NCBI GenBank assembly: GCA_963757335.1
Contig: CAVWRJ010000011.1
Location: 71,700-135,699, forward strand
Length of the DNA: 64,000 nucleotides
DNA from: an uncultured Acidobacteriota bacterium
GTDB taxonomy: Bacteria; Acidobacteriota; Thermoanaerobaculia; Multivoradales; UBA5704
Direction of reading: 5' to 3'
The notes beneath the pieces were generated by a model. It saw nothing but the letters and a program-made list of their open reading frames with translations, had not been told where the DNA came from and ran no database searches. The stretch's first letter is position 1; the number at the start of each line of letters is the position of its first letter. Positions 9,003 through 17,795 of the stretch are shown here, piece by piece. A program made the translations under genes and the position numbers.

Positions 9003-9902
9003 ATGGCGACCATAGAAGCTCGTGCCGTGGCCCGCGAGAGGGTCACCGCTATCGCCCATGACATCCTCGCCGCCTTCGAGTCCGGGGAGCTGCCCCAGGC
9101 ACTCGCAAAGCTCTTCATCCACCGGAAGATCGAAGTGCCCTCGAAGCACTGGACCTGGACGAATCGCTTGATCGGCATCCGGAAGGGCCACATCTATGCC
9201 GCCGGCTTCAGGCAGTGGCAGGAGATCGGGAGGAAGGTGCGGAAGGGCCAGCACGCCTTCCATATCCTCGCCCCGAAGATCCTGAGGGCAAAACAGGACG
9301 ACGAGGAACGCGGGGTGAAGGAGGGCGACCTCCTCTGCCTCCGGTTCCTCGCAGTCCCCGTCTTCGGCTATCTCCAGACCGAGGGTGAGCCCCTGCCCGG
9401 AGCGGAAGACGAGCCGGAGTTCGTGGGTCAGCTGCCCCTCGTCGAGGTCGCCCGCTCCTGGAACCTCGCAGTCGAGGTCTACTCCCAGCCCGATGCTCCC
9501 GACCGCCTGGGCTTCTTTGCCGCCGGCCGGGGCATAGGGCTCGGGGTCCGGAACCTCCAGACCTGGACGCACGAGCTCGTGCACGCCGCCGACCATCGGC
9601 TCGGGTGCCACCCGCGGCCGGGCCTCGACGCGGAGGTGGTCGCCGAGTTAGGCGGGGCGATCCTCCTCGAATGCCTGGGGGAGACGGTCGAGAGCGACCG
9701 CGGCGGCGCCTATGAGTATCTCCGGCGGCACTGCGAAAAGGAGAAGCGGAACCTCCTCGGGGCCTGTACCGAGCTTCTCGACCGCACCTGTGCCTGCGTC
9801 ACGCTCATCCTCCAGACCGCGGATGCCCTCACGGGAGAAGCAGTCGGGCCGGAGACACCACCTCCGGCCGCGGTGCCTGCCGTGGCCGCACTCTCTGCCT
9901 AA
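9003..9902 (+). CDS. ardC: ArdC-like anti-restriction protein (ssDNA-binding ArdC-N domain plus HExxH zincin-like metallopeptidase domain)
   Basis: N-terminal KHWTWTNRLIGIRKGHIYAAGFRQWQEIGRKVRKGQHAFHI resembles the ArdC/DUF1738 ssDNA-binding domain; C-terminal HELVHAADH is an HExxH metalloprotease motif. Confidence 0.75.
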   Translation: MATIEARAVARERVTAIAHDILAAFESGELPQALAKLFIHRKIEVPSKHWTWTNRLIGIRKGHIYAAGFRQWQEIGRKVRKGQHAFHILAPKILRAKQDDEERGVKEGDLLCLRFLAVPVFGYLQTEGEPLPGAEDEPEFVGQLPLVEVARSWNLAVEVYSQPDAPDRLGFFAAGRGIGLGVRNLQTWTHELVHAADHRLGCHPRPGLDAEVVAELGGAILLECLGETVESDRGGAYEYLRRHCEKEKRNLLGACTELLDRTCACVTLILQTADALTGEAVGPETPPPAAVPAVAALSA

Positions 9903-10045
9903 AGTACCTTTCTCGCATCTCCAGCGAATCACATCTACTCCCCCAGGATCTTTCCTGGGGGTTTTCTTTTGGGAAAGCTCGCTGCCACCTGGGAAGGAAG
10001 CCTTTGCCTCTCTCGATCGGTACCCGAAAAGTGCTCGGTCCTAGG

Positions 10046-12721
10046 CTAGAACGAGAGGCGCACGCCGACCTCGTAGCTTCGGGGCTGCGTGAAGCCAATC
10101 GCGCCGCCCCAGGGTATCTCGCCGCAACCCGAGACGTTCTCGCAGACGCTTGTGACCTGCTCGGTACCGAGTAGATTCAGGACGGTAGCGATAAGCGAGC
10201 TCTTCACCGTGCCGAGCGCGAAGCCTTTGCGAATCTCGATGTTCGCGCTGTACGTGCCACTTCCGTGGAAGCTACCGCGCGGCGCGAGGTACTCGAGGTC
10301 GCCCAACGCCGGCGTCACCTTGCTGTATGGGAAGGGCGAAGAGTAGGTGCTCTGGATGCCGAGACTCCAGTCGTGCGGCAGGCGCACGTAGCCATCGAGG
10401 CGAACGCGGTGCCTCCGGTCGTCCGAGAGGTAGCCGTAGCGGTTCACGAAGAGGGTCGGATAAACGTCGAAGTCGGGGCCAGCGTTCTGGGTGTATTCGA
10501 TGCTGCCGCGCGACGTGGAATAGACGTAGGAGGCGCGGAGGTCGAGCCAGTCCGCAGGGTGGCTCACGAGAGTGAGGAGCACGCCCTCATAGTCGCGCTT
10601 TGCGGCTGGGAGGTTCGCGACCTCGAAGATCGGGCAGTTCGTTCCGTTCGGATCGGGGGTCGGACTCGGGACGTTCTCCGCGCAGGTATCCTCGAAGATG
10701 TTGTTGGTTTTCTTGTGGATGTATGACACCTCGACCGAGGTGCGGTTCCCGAGCTCACGCTCGATGCCCACCGTGTACTCGGTCGTGGTCGTGGGCTTCA
10801 GGCCAGGCTGGATGATCTCCGGAGACGATCCCATCTCGTTATATTCAAAGTATCCCAAGGGATCGCGGTGCAGCGGGTCGCTCGCGAGGTAGCCCGCCGC
10901 GCCGAAAGGGCCACCCGCCCTGCACGCGGCCGCATTCGGGAAGAAGGCCGAGCACGGCAGGTAGGTGAAGACCGGCGCGCTGTTCGTCCGGGTGTAGAAC
11001 GGCAAGGAAAGTCCGTTCGGCGACATGAAGATGCCGTAGCTCCCCCGGAGCGCGGTCTTCGCATCGCCCGTGAGGTCGAGGGCAAAGCCGAGACGGGGCG
11101 CGAGGACATGCTGACGCGCAATCTGAACTCTGGCGTCGTTCCGGAAGCTGACTTCGTCGTAGCGCATGCCGAGCTGGAGCGTGAGGGGCGCGAGCGGCCG
11201 CCAGGCATCCTGCACATAGGCGGAGTCGAGCGTGCCTGCAAAACTCGCGAAGCCGCGCGGCTCCTGGAGCATGAGAAACGCACGTTTGTCGATCGGCCCG
11301 TTGAAATCTTGATATGTCGTGCCGCCCGCAAGGTCGTTTTCCACGCGGAAGCGCAGGTTGCTCCTTCCGGCGCCGAGCTTCCATTCATGGCTCCCGGCGA
11401 GTTCCGCAACGAAACCGCTGAGGCTTGCGTGTACCTCGTCGCGGTCGCGCTGCGAGAACTGGACGTTCGCGTAATTCACCGAGGTGACACCCGTCGCCTG
11501 GTCGGCGATCCCCGGGGTCGCAAGGTCGCCGCTCTGCGGGAATCGGTTTATCGGATCGCGCTTCGCGCCGGCGAGAAGCTCCGCGAGGAGCCCCGGCCCG
11601 AGGAGGCCCGAGACCTCGGCCTGGCGGATCGGGCCGCCCTGCTCTTGGATGGCCGCCGCGGCTGGTTCGACGAATCGGTTGGCGTTGTAGTTACGGACCT
11701 CCGCCGGGTCGGCGGCGTACTTCATGACGGCGTGCCAGCGCGGATCGATTTGCCAGTTCAACTTCGCGAGCTCGTTCCGGCCCCTCGTCGTCTTCGTAAT
11801 CACCGAGCCGGTCGGCGTCGACTTGCTGCTTGCGAGGTCAAGCGCGCCGAAAAACCATAGCCGGTCGCGCAGGATCGGACCGCCAAGAGTCGCGGTCGGC
11901 TTCAGAAACGCTGTTTCGTTCGCGTCGCGATTGAAGTGGGCGCCGTTCTCATTGAATTGGCTCGCGTTGTATCGCGTGTCAAGCGTGCCGGAGAACTCAT
12001 TGCCGCCCGACTTCGTAACGATGTTTATGACACCCCCTGAAGCGTGCCCGAACTCCGCGGCGAAGCCGGCGGTCTCAAAGGAGATCTCGGCGATGGCGTC
12101 GAAATTCACGGTGGCAGAGAAGGTTGCGGTTACGGGGTCCGTGGTCTCCATGCCGTCTATGTAGTAGGCGTTCTCGCCCGCGGTCGAACCGAAGATCCGC
12201 GGATCGCCCGTGCCGTTGTCGGCGCCCGCCGCGCGGCCTACGACCGAGAGGTAGTTACGGCTCTGGGTGCCGACCGAGGTACGGTCGAGGTATTCGCCCG
12301 AGTAGACGCTGCTCATCCCGGCACGTGTGACATCGACGACCGGCGGGCCGGTCGTAACCGTTATCGATTCGGCAAGCCGGCCGAGTGCGAGGGTCGGCAG
12401 GACTTCGGTCGCACGGTCGAGGGCAACCGCGACCGCGGTGAAGTCCTTGGTCTCGAAACCCGCGAGTTCGAAGCGCACGTCGTAGGCGCCGGGAGGGAGG
12501 TGAGGGAAGGAGAAGGTGCCATCGGGTCTTGTCCGGGTCGTCTGCGGGCCGCCAATAAGGGCAGGTGAAGCGATGGCGACGGCCACGCCGGAGAGGGCGC
12601 TTCCCTCCGCGTCCCTCACCGTGCCGATGAGGCGGCCAGTCGTGCCCTGAGCCAAGACCGGGGCTACCGTCTGGAGCGCAAGCGCGGCGGCGAGAGTACC
12701 AAGGAGCAGCCAGGCTTTCAT
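10046..12721 (-). CDS. TonB-dependent outer-membrane receptor with N-terminal carboxypeptidase-regulatory-like domain
   Basis: Signal peptide MKAWLLLGTLAAALALQTVAPVLAQG, then GRLIGTVRDAEGSALSGVAV (CarboxypepD_reg-like), plug/barrel region, C-terminal aromatic (...VRLSF). Confidence 0.85.
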   Translation of the reverse strand: MKAWLLLGTLAAALALQTVAPVLAQGTTGRLIGTVRDAEGSALSGVAVAIASPALIGGPQTTRTRPDGTFSFPHLPPGAYDVRFELAGFETKDFTAVAVALDRATEVLPTLALGRLAESITVTTGPPVVDVTRAGMSSVYSGEYLDRTSVGTQSRNYLSVVGRAAGADNGTGDPRIFGSTAGENAYYIDGMETTDPVTATFSATVNFDAIAEISFETAGFAAEFGHASGGVINIVTKSGGNEFSGTLDTRYNASQFNENGAHFNRDANETAFLKPTATLGGPILRDRLWFFGALDLASSKSTPTGSVITKTTRGRNELAKLNWQIDPRWHAVMKYAADPAEVRNYNANRFVEPAAAAIQEQGGPIRQAEVSGLLGPGLLAELLAGAKRDPINRFPQSGDLATPGIADQATGVTSVNYANVQFSQRDRDEVHASLSGFVAELAGSHEWKLGAGRSNLRFRVENDLAGGTTYQDFNGPIDKRAFLMLQEPRGFASFAGTLDSAYVQDAWRPLAPLTLQLGMRYDEVSFRNDARVQIARQHVLAPRLGFALDLTGDAKTALRGSYGIFMSPNGLSLPFYTRTNSAPVFTYLPCSAFFPNAAACRAGGPFGAAGYLASDPLHRDPLGYFEYNEMGSSPEIIQPGLKPTTTTEYTVGIERELGNRTSVEVSYIHKKTNNIFEDTCAENVPSPTPDPNGTNCPIFEVANLPAAKRDYEGVLLTLVSHPADWLDLRASYVYSTSRGSIEYTQNAGPDFDVYPTLFVNRYGYLSDDRRHRVRLDGYVRLPHDWSLGIQSTYSSPFPYSKVTPALGDLEYLAPRGSFHGSGTYSANIEIRKGFALGTVKSSLIATVLNLLGTEQVTSVCENVSGCGEIPWGGAIGFTQPRSYEVGVRLSF

Positions 12722-12937
12722 GGGCTTTGCACCTCCGAGGATTGCGCTTTGACTCGCCGGGCCGACGGTCTATGAATTCTCCTCCACATTGGCGATAGGG
12801 CACGGTGTGATCGCCCCGGCACGATGCAGGCAAGTCGTATGCGCACGATTGAAGAAGAGTCTACGGAAAGGGATCTTGCTGGTCAATTGAGGGTTCGGGC
12901 GGGCATGGGACGAGACGGCCAGTGACAACACGCTTAT

Positions 12938-15697
12938 GTGCATGATTGCCTACAACTCAGGAGGTCTTTGCCCAAGCCGATCTTCAGGGATATATACTTC
13001 TATCCTCATTCTTTGGCGTGTGGCGAGCTTCCGGTGACAGAGCCTCGTGAAACAGAGTCAGTAGGACCCCTCACTGGTCCGCCTCCCGGCGGAAGATGGT
13101 CCCCAGGGCGGCTCGTCGCGGATCGCTACGAGGTCCGGAAGTATCTCGGACGCGGCGGCTTTGCGACTGTCTACCGCGCCTATGACCGCCTCGTGAAGAT
13201 CGAGGTGGCCCTCAAAGTCGTCCACCCGGAGCGGGACCCGGAACGAGCACTCGTCCGGCTTGCCCGGGAAGTGGAGATCGCGCGGCAGAGCCTCGACCCT
13301 CATCTCGTTCGGGTCTTTGATCTCGGGAGAACAAGCGAGGACATCTTCCTCACGATGGAGTTACTCCAGGGCGGGTCACTTCGAGAACGACTCGCCCATG
13401 GGCCGCTTCCGGTTCCTGAGGCCCTCCGTATCGCGGAGGCCGTGCTCCAGGGCCTCGCCGCGCTCCACGCGAGAGGCGCAGTGCATAGGGACGTGACCCC
13501 GGGGAACATCCTATTCTCGGAGACGGGCGAGGTGAAGCTCGCTGACTTTGGGCTTGCGAGGTATCTCGCGCGCGAGGAAACCCAGCTCACCTCCCTCGGC
13601 GCCGTCCTCGGGACCGCCGGCTATCGCTCGCCGGAGCAGGCCCTCGGGCGAGACATTGACCCACGGAGCGACCTCTATGCCCTGGGGGTCGTGCTCTTTG
13701 AGATGCTCGCGGGCCGCCTGCCGCACGAGGCGACCTCCGAGTTCGGGCGGCGACTTTCAGTCCTCGAACGGGCTCCAGATGTACGGAGCTACCGGAAGGA
13801 CGTTCCTCCGTGGGCGGCGAAGATCGTGGCCCGCCTCCTTGAGGTCCGGCCCGCCGATCGCTACCGCACCGCCGAGGAGGTTCTCGGGGACCTAAGGCGA
13901 GGCAGGAGCCCGCGGCGCGTGCGCTTCCGGCGGCGTCTTTTCCGCTCGATCGCGGTCCTCCTCTTTTGCTTGCCACAGGTCGGAGTGCTCGTCACGCGAG
14001 CGCGCCATGCTGCTTTTTCTCATCTTGTCCCCGCTGGCGAGACGGGCGTGAAGGCCGTAAGCGTCTCCGGCGAGACGCTCTGGACGGTCCCCGGAGTAAA
14101 TCCGGAGATCGTGAACCGCGGAGCGCTCGCGCGGATCACGCCCGGCGGCCCCCGCCTCCTCGCGATCGTCCTTTCCCGGGCGGGCGACTGGTCGATGACG
14201 GCCGTTTCGACGCTCTCCTTCCTCGATCCGGACTCCGGCCGGGTCGTGAAGGAGGTAAAGCTTCCGAGCGGTGCGGAGTCCTTCCCGAACGACCCGCCAC
14301 GGTTTTTCGCTTCCTCGGTGAAGGCCGTCGATCTCTTCCACGATGGCGTGGACGAGGTGGTCGTAAATTGCAGCCATGTTCCGGAGGCGCCCTTCTATGC
14401 CGTCCTCTACGCGCCTCGCTACGACCTGGCCCGGATCGTCTTCTACTCCCGCGGCGGACAGGACTTCCAGGGAGCCACGGACCTCGACGGCGACGGCGTC
14501 AAAGAACTCCTCTTTGCGGGGATCAATAACGGGTGGAACTGGGTAAACATCGTCGCGGCGGTGCGGCTCGATCCGCGCTCCTTCACGGAGGGAGACCGGA
14601 TGGCGACTCCCGCCGCGCCGGACACGGTAGCCACGCCCGCGCAGGGGCGCGCGCTCCTCTGGTACGCCGTCGTTCCGCGCGGCCAACTTGAGGAATTCTC
14701 CCGGCTCAGCGTTGACGAGAAGCGGCGGGAGCTCACGGTCCACTACCTCTCGGGGAAGACCTGGGTCTTGGGGTTCGACGGCTTCCCTCCGGATGCCGCG
14801 CACCCGGACAATACCCTGCGCCAAGCCGACCGGCGGGCGGTCTACGATCATCTCTGGGAAGCGGAGCGTCTCCGGCGGGCCGGCATGCTCGACCTCGCGA
14901 TGACCGAAGCGGAAGCCGCGCTCGCATCGGCAAAGCGTGCCCGGGAGACGTGGCTCGGAGAGTACGCCGAGCGGCTCGAAGCAAAGATCCTCACAGCCCA
15001 AGGGAAGACCATAGAGGCCGAGCGCCGCTTTACCTCGCTCGTTCTCCGCGCCGAGGACGCTCCCGAGGTGGCCTATGACGCCGGTGTCGCCTTTCACCTC
15101 CAGGGCGACCTCACCCGGGCCGTCGCCTGGTACGAACGGGGCATCGGCCGCGAGTCCGCGATTGGCGCCGGGAAGAGCAAACACGAATTCCTGAAGGGCG
15201 AAGTCTTGGCACTCGTCGAGGAGAAGCGGTACGAGGAAGCGCTCGCGGCGGTGGCGCGTTTCGGGGCTACCTATCCGTCCGCCGAGGGCCGCATGTGGCT
15301 CTTCCGCGAGTATGTCCGCTGGCGAGCGGGCGAGCGGCCAGAGGCGGACCCTGCCGGAGTGCGGCAAAACTGGACGGACCTCGATCGGTATTGGGCGCTG
15401 GAGTTCGCCTTCGCCGCGGGCGCCAAACCGGAGCCCCTCTTGAAGCAAGTGGATCTCTTCATCGCCGAGCGGCCGGAGACGCAAGCGGAGGCGCTCTCGC
15501 TCCGGGCCGAACTTCTTGCCCGCCTGGGGCGCAGGACGGAGGCCGCAGGAACGGCGCAGTCTGCGTTGGAGCTGGTGCGGGTAGAAAAGCCCAGGAGTAT
15601 CATCGCGCACGGCCATGAAGAACTCCTCGGCGAGCGAGCTCGCCGCCTCCGAATCGAGGGAACAGCTATGACGCCGCGCGGTCATTCCGCCCCCTAA
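12938..15697 (+). CDS. Hanks-type serine/threonine protein kinase with C-terminal beta-propeller/FG-GAP-like and TPR-like regions
   Basis: LGRGGFATVYRA (Gly loop), ALKVVHPE (beta3 Lys), HRDVTPGNILF (catalytic loop, note T in place of Lys), KLADFGLAR (DFG), SPEQ (APE); DLDGDGVKELLFAGINNGW FG-GAP-like; C-terminal helical repeats. Alternative in-frame GTG start at 13034. Confidence 0.85.
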   Translation: MHDCLQLRRSLPKPIFRDIYFYPHSLACGELPVTEPRETESVGPLTGPPPGGRWSPGRLVADRYEVRKYLGRGGFATVYRAYDRLVKIEVALKVVHPERDPERALVRLAREVEIARQSLDPHLVRVFDLGRTSEDIFLTMELLQGGSLRERLAHGPLPVPEALRIAEAVLQGLAALHARGAVHRDVTPGNILFSETGEVKLADFGLARYLAREETQLTSLGAVLGTAGYRSPEQALGRDIDPRSDLYALGVVLFEMLAGRLPHEATSEFGRRLSVLERAPDVRSYRKDVPPWAAKIVARLLEVRPADRYRTAEEVLGDLRRGRSPRRVRFRRRLFRSIAVLLFCLPQVGVLVTRARHAAFSHLVPAGETGVKAVSVSGETLWTVPGVNPEIVNRGALARITPGGPRLLAIVLSRAGDWSMTAVSTLSFLDPDSGRVVKEVKLPSGAESFPNDPPRFFASSVKAVDLFHDGVDEVVVNCSHVPEAPFYAVLYAPRYDLARIVFYSRGGQDFQGATDLDGDGVKELLFAGINNGWNWVNIVAAVRLDPRSFTEGDRMATPAAPDTVATPAQGRALLWYAVVPRGQLEEFSRLSVDEKRRELTVHYLSGKTWVLGFDGFPPDAAHPDNTLRQADRRAVYDHLWEAERLRRAGMLDLAMTEAEAALASAKRARETWLGEYAERLEAKILTAQGKTIEAERRFTSLVLRAEDAPEVAYDAGVAFHLQGDLTRAVAWYERGIGRESAIGAGKSKHEFLKGEVLALVEEKRYEEALAAVARFGATYPSAEGRMWLFREYVRWRAGERPEADPAGVRQNWTDLDRYWALEFAFAAGAKPEPLLKQVDLFIAERPETQAEALSLRAELLARLGRRTEAAGTAQSALELVRVEKPRSIIAHGHEELLGERARRLRIEGTAMTPRGHSAP

Positions 15698-15706
15698 GGA
15701 GTCCCC

Positions 15707-16630
15707 ATGCTTCGTATTCTGATCTCTCACGGTTACGAGGAGCGGGTCTTCCCTCTTCCCGAGGGTGAAGCCTTCCTTGGGAGTGCGCCCGAAAACGATA
15801 TCGTCCTGCATGTCCGCGGCGTCTCCCGTAGCCACGCGCTTTTGCGGCGATGCCCTGAGGGAGTCGAGGTCATCGACCAGGGCTCCAAAAACAAGCTCTT
15901 TGTCGGCGCTGGTCAGGTGGAACGCGCTATCCTCACGACGGGGCTTCGGGTTCAGATCGGGACCGCTTGGCTGGAGGTCGAAGAGGTCTCCTCGTCCGAG
16001 CAAGCGCTTGCTCTCCTCGTTCAGACTTCCTCGGAAGAGACAATGCCGCGATCGCTTCGTACCGAGATGGTCGGGCCGAGGAAAGACTCGCGAGACCTTT
16101 CGCCTGCCGATGGCGCTTTGGCCCTCGCCTACCATATCGCCGAGAGAGGAGCCGGCATCCCAGGGCAGCGAAATGACCTCCTCTTGAGGATCAAGGAGGC
16201 TCTTGGAGCAGAGACTTTTGGAACCTTCGATCGGCGGCTACGCGGGGGGCTCCGCCTCTGGGAGAGCGAGGGGCAGTTTCTTCCGGAGGATGTTAGGGCC
16301 TTCGGAACGCTCGCCGCCGATATACGAGGGAGCCAAGTGGTTCTGAAGCGTGCAGAGCGCCTGCTCATCGCCGGAAGAGAATCATGGTTCCTTGGGGCAA
16401 AATTCGGAGAGGATTCTCTTGCCCATGAGGGGTGGCGGAAAGACCTCCTTCGCTTCCTCGCAAGTCAGCTCTTCAAGCCGGCGCAGAGCCTCGACGAACT
16501 CGATGCGGGGGAGGCGCAGCGCGTGCTCGCCTTAAACCGTGGGAACAAGTCGAAGACCGCAAAGCTTCTCGACCGGACTCGCGGTACGCTCGACAAGCTG
16601 CTGGCAGGCGCGAACCCGGCTAAACGCTGA
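15707..16630 (+). CDS. FHA-domain protein with C-terminal Fis-type helix-turn-helix
   Basis: N-terminal FHA pattern (LPEGEAFLGSAPENDIVLHVRGVSRSHALL...NGSKNKLFV); C-terminal AQRVLALNRGNKSKTAKLLDRTRGTLDKLL resembles HTH_8/Fis; 10 bp downstream of the kinase gene. Confidence 0.8.
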   Translation: MLRILISHGYEERVFPLPEGEAFLGSAPENDIVLHVRGVSRSHALLRRCPEGVEVIDQGSKNKLFVGAGQVERAILTTGLRVQIGTAWLEVEEVSSSEQALALLVQTSSEETMPRSLRTEMVGPRKDSRDLSPADGALALAYHIAERGAGIPGQRNDLLLRIKEALGAETFGTFDRRLRGGLRLWESEGQFLPEDVRAFGTLAADIRGSQVVLKRAERLLIAGRESWFLGAKFGEDSLAHEGWRKDLLRFLASQLFKPAQSLDELDAGEAQRVLALNRGNKSKTAKLLDRTRGTLDKLLAGANPAKR

Positions 16631-16850
16631 CTTGCCCTTTCCATAGGCCACGCTCTCCGTCCCTCCTGAACAAGTTCTTAGGACCTATTGTGTCCTTCGA
16701 CGTCGAAAGTTGCTCAAAAAATAGACTGTTTTGACAGCCCGCCGATGACGCGGCACAATAAGATTAGAGGGCTGAGTAATACGCTATTGAGTTCCTCCAT
16801 CTGAGGATGTGCGGACAAAGATGGCTATGCAAGCCTCAAGGAGAATACCT

Positions 16851-17795
16851 ATGCCCATAAAAGACAGAATCATATTTTTTCTTCGCAGCCCAGGAGTGAT
16901 CGTTGCGGCTGTAGTTCTGCTACTCGTATGCGCTTCAGCCAGCCTCTTCGCGCAGCAGAAGGCTCCCCCTATCGCTCCGCCATCTTCCCTTGAAACAGCA
17001 ACGTCTTCTGATGAGATTTCTCTGCTGCCTCTCATAAAGAAGGCTTCCGAAAACACTCCTTTGCCTTCTGGCGTAATGTTGAGAAGCGCGCCAGCAAGGC
17101 CCGGCGACCTTCCGCCGAGCCCCGATGAGTTCAAGATGCTGTACGGCTACCGAGGAAGGTATTACAACGTCTCGAATCTCGATGGCCAGGTCACCGTGAT
17201 CCAAGAGTCAATCTATGCCTGGCCGACATCTACCTGGAAAGCCTCCGGACTCGTGCGGAATCAAACGCACTCTGCGATTCATATCTCAAGCCTTACTGCA
17301 CGCCTCCTCGGAGCCGGCGGAACGGTACTCGCAACTACAACCGTGACCATCCCGGTCGCTGATTTGCGGCCCGGCGAACCCGGCCCCTTCATGATCGAGG
17401 CGCCTGTCGCGAGCAGTGAAGTGAAGGCAGTGGAGTGGCACATCGACTCTGTGCCGGCCCCGCCTCAGACTCGGCCGCTCATCGTGGAGCCCGACTATGG
17501 ACCAGTCAACGTTCCGAACGAACCGAAATACTGGCTAATTGGAGAACTCCGGAATCAAGCCACGACGACGCTCCGCGATGTGCGAGTTGTAGTGGCCTGG
17601 TTGGATGACGAAAAACGGGTGCGCTACGTCGCTGCGCCCGCCTTTCGCCCCTTTCTGGATCGCCCGGCGACCGTCCCCACCATCGACCTACCAGCCGGCG
17701 GATATGTATTCTTTACGTACGAGCCGCGAGAGCCTTGGCTCGTGTCACTTTTTGAAAATACCTACGACCTTGCAACCTGGGGGATATCCAATTGA
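16851..17795 (+). CDS. hypothetical secreted protein
   Basis: AAGGAGA RBS 7 nt before ATG at 16851; signal-peptide-like MPIKDRIIFFLRSPGVIVAAVVLLLVCASASLFAQ; stop overlaps the start of the giant gene (ATGA); ORF-track frame opens at 16809. Confidence 0.6.
   Translation: MPIKDRIIFFLRSPGVIVAAVVLLLVCASASLFAQQKAPPIAPPSSLETATSSDEISLLPLIKKASENTPLPSGVMLRSAPARPGDLPPSPDEFKMLYGYRGRYYNVSNLDGQVTVIQESIYAWPTSTWKASGLVRNQTHSAIHISSLTARLLGAGGTVLATTTVTIPVADLRPGEPGPFMIEAPVASSEVKAVEWHIDSVPAPPQTRPLIVEPDYGPVNVPNEPKYWLIGELRNQATTTLRDVRVVVAWLDDEKRVRYVAAPAFRPFLDRPATVPTIDLPAGGYVFFTYEPREPWLVSLFENTYDLATWGISN

Larger units (their letters stand above)
1..9902. mobile_element. putative integrative/conjugative (AICE/ICE-like) backbone: lexA-like repressor operon, hicBA, Replic_Relax, HerA/TraD-like translocase, low-GC accessory operon, ArdC leading region (left boundary outside window)
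   Basis: Co-localisation of hallmark mobility and maintenance genes plus GC-heterogeneous islands. Confidence 0.45.

Noticed and set aside
8196-9611. 471-aa minus-strand ORF
   Set aside because: Antisense to the ardC/zinc-ribbon genes in GC-rich DNA; composition (Gly/Ala/Pro/Arg-rich, no motifs) typical of a spurious high-GC frame.
13892-16135. 747-aa minus-strand ORF
   Set aside because: Antisense to the well-supported Ser/Thr kinase and FHA genes; low-complexity Arg/Gly/Pro-rich translation.
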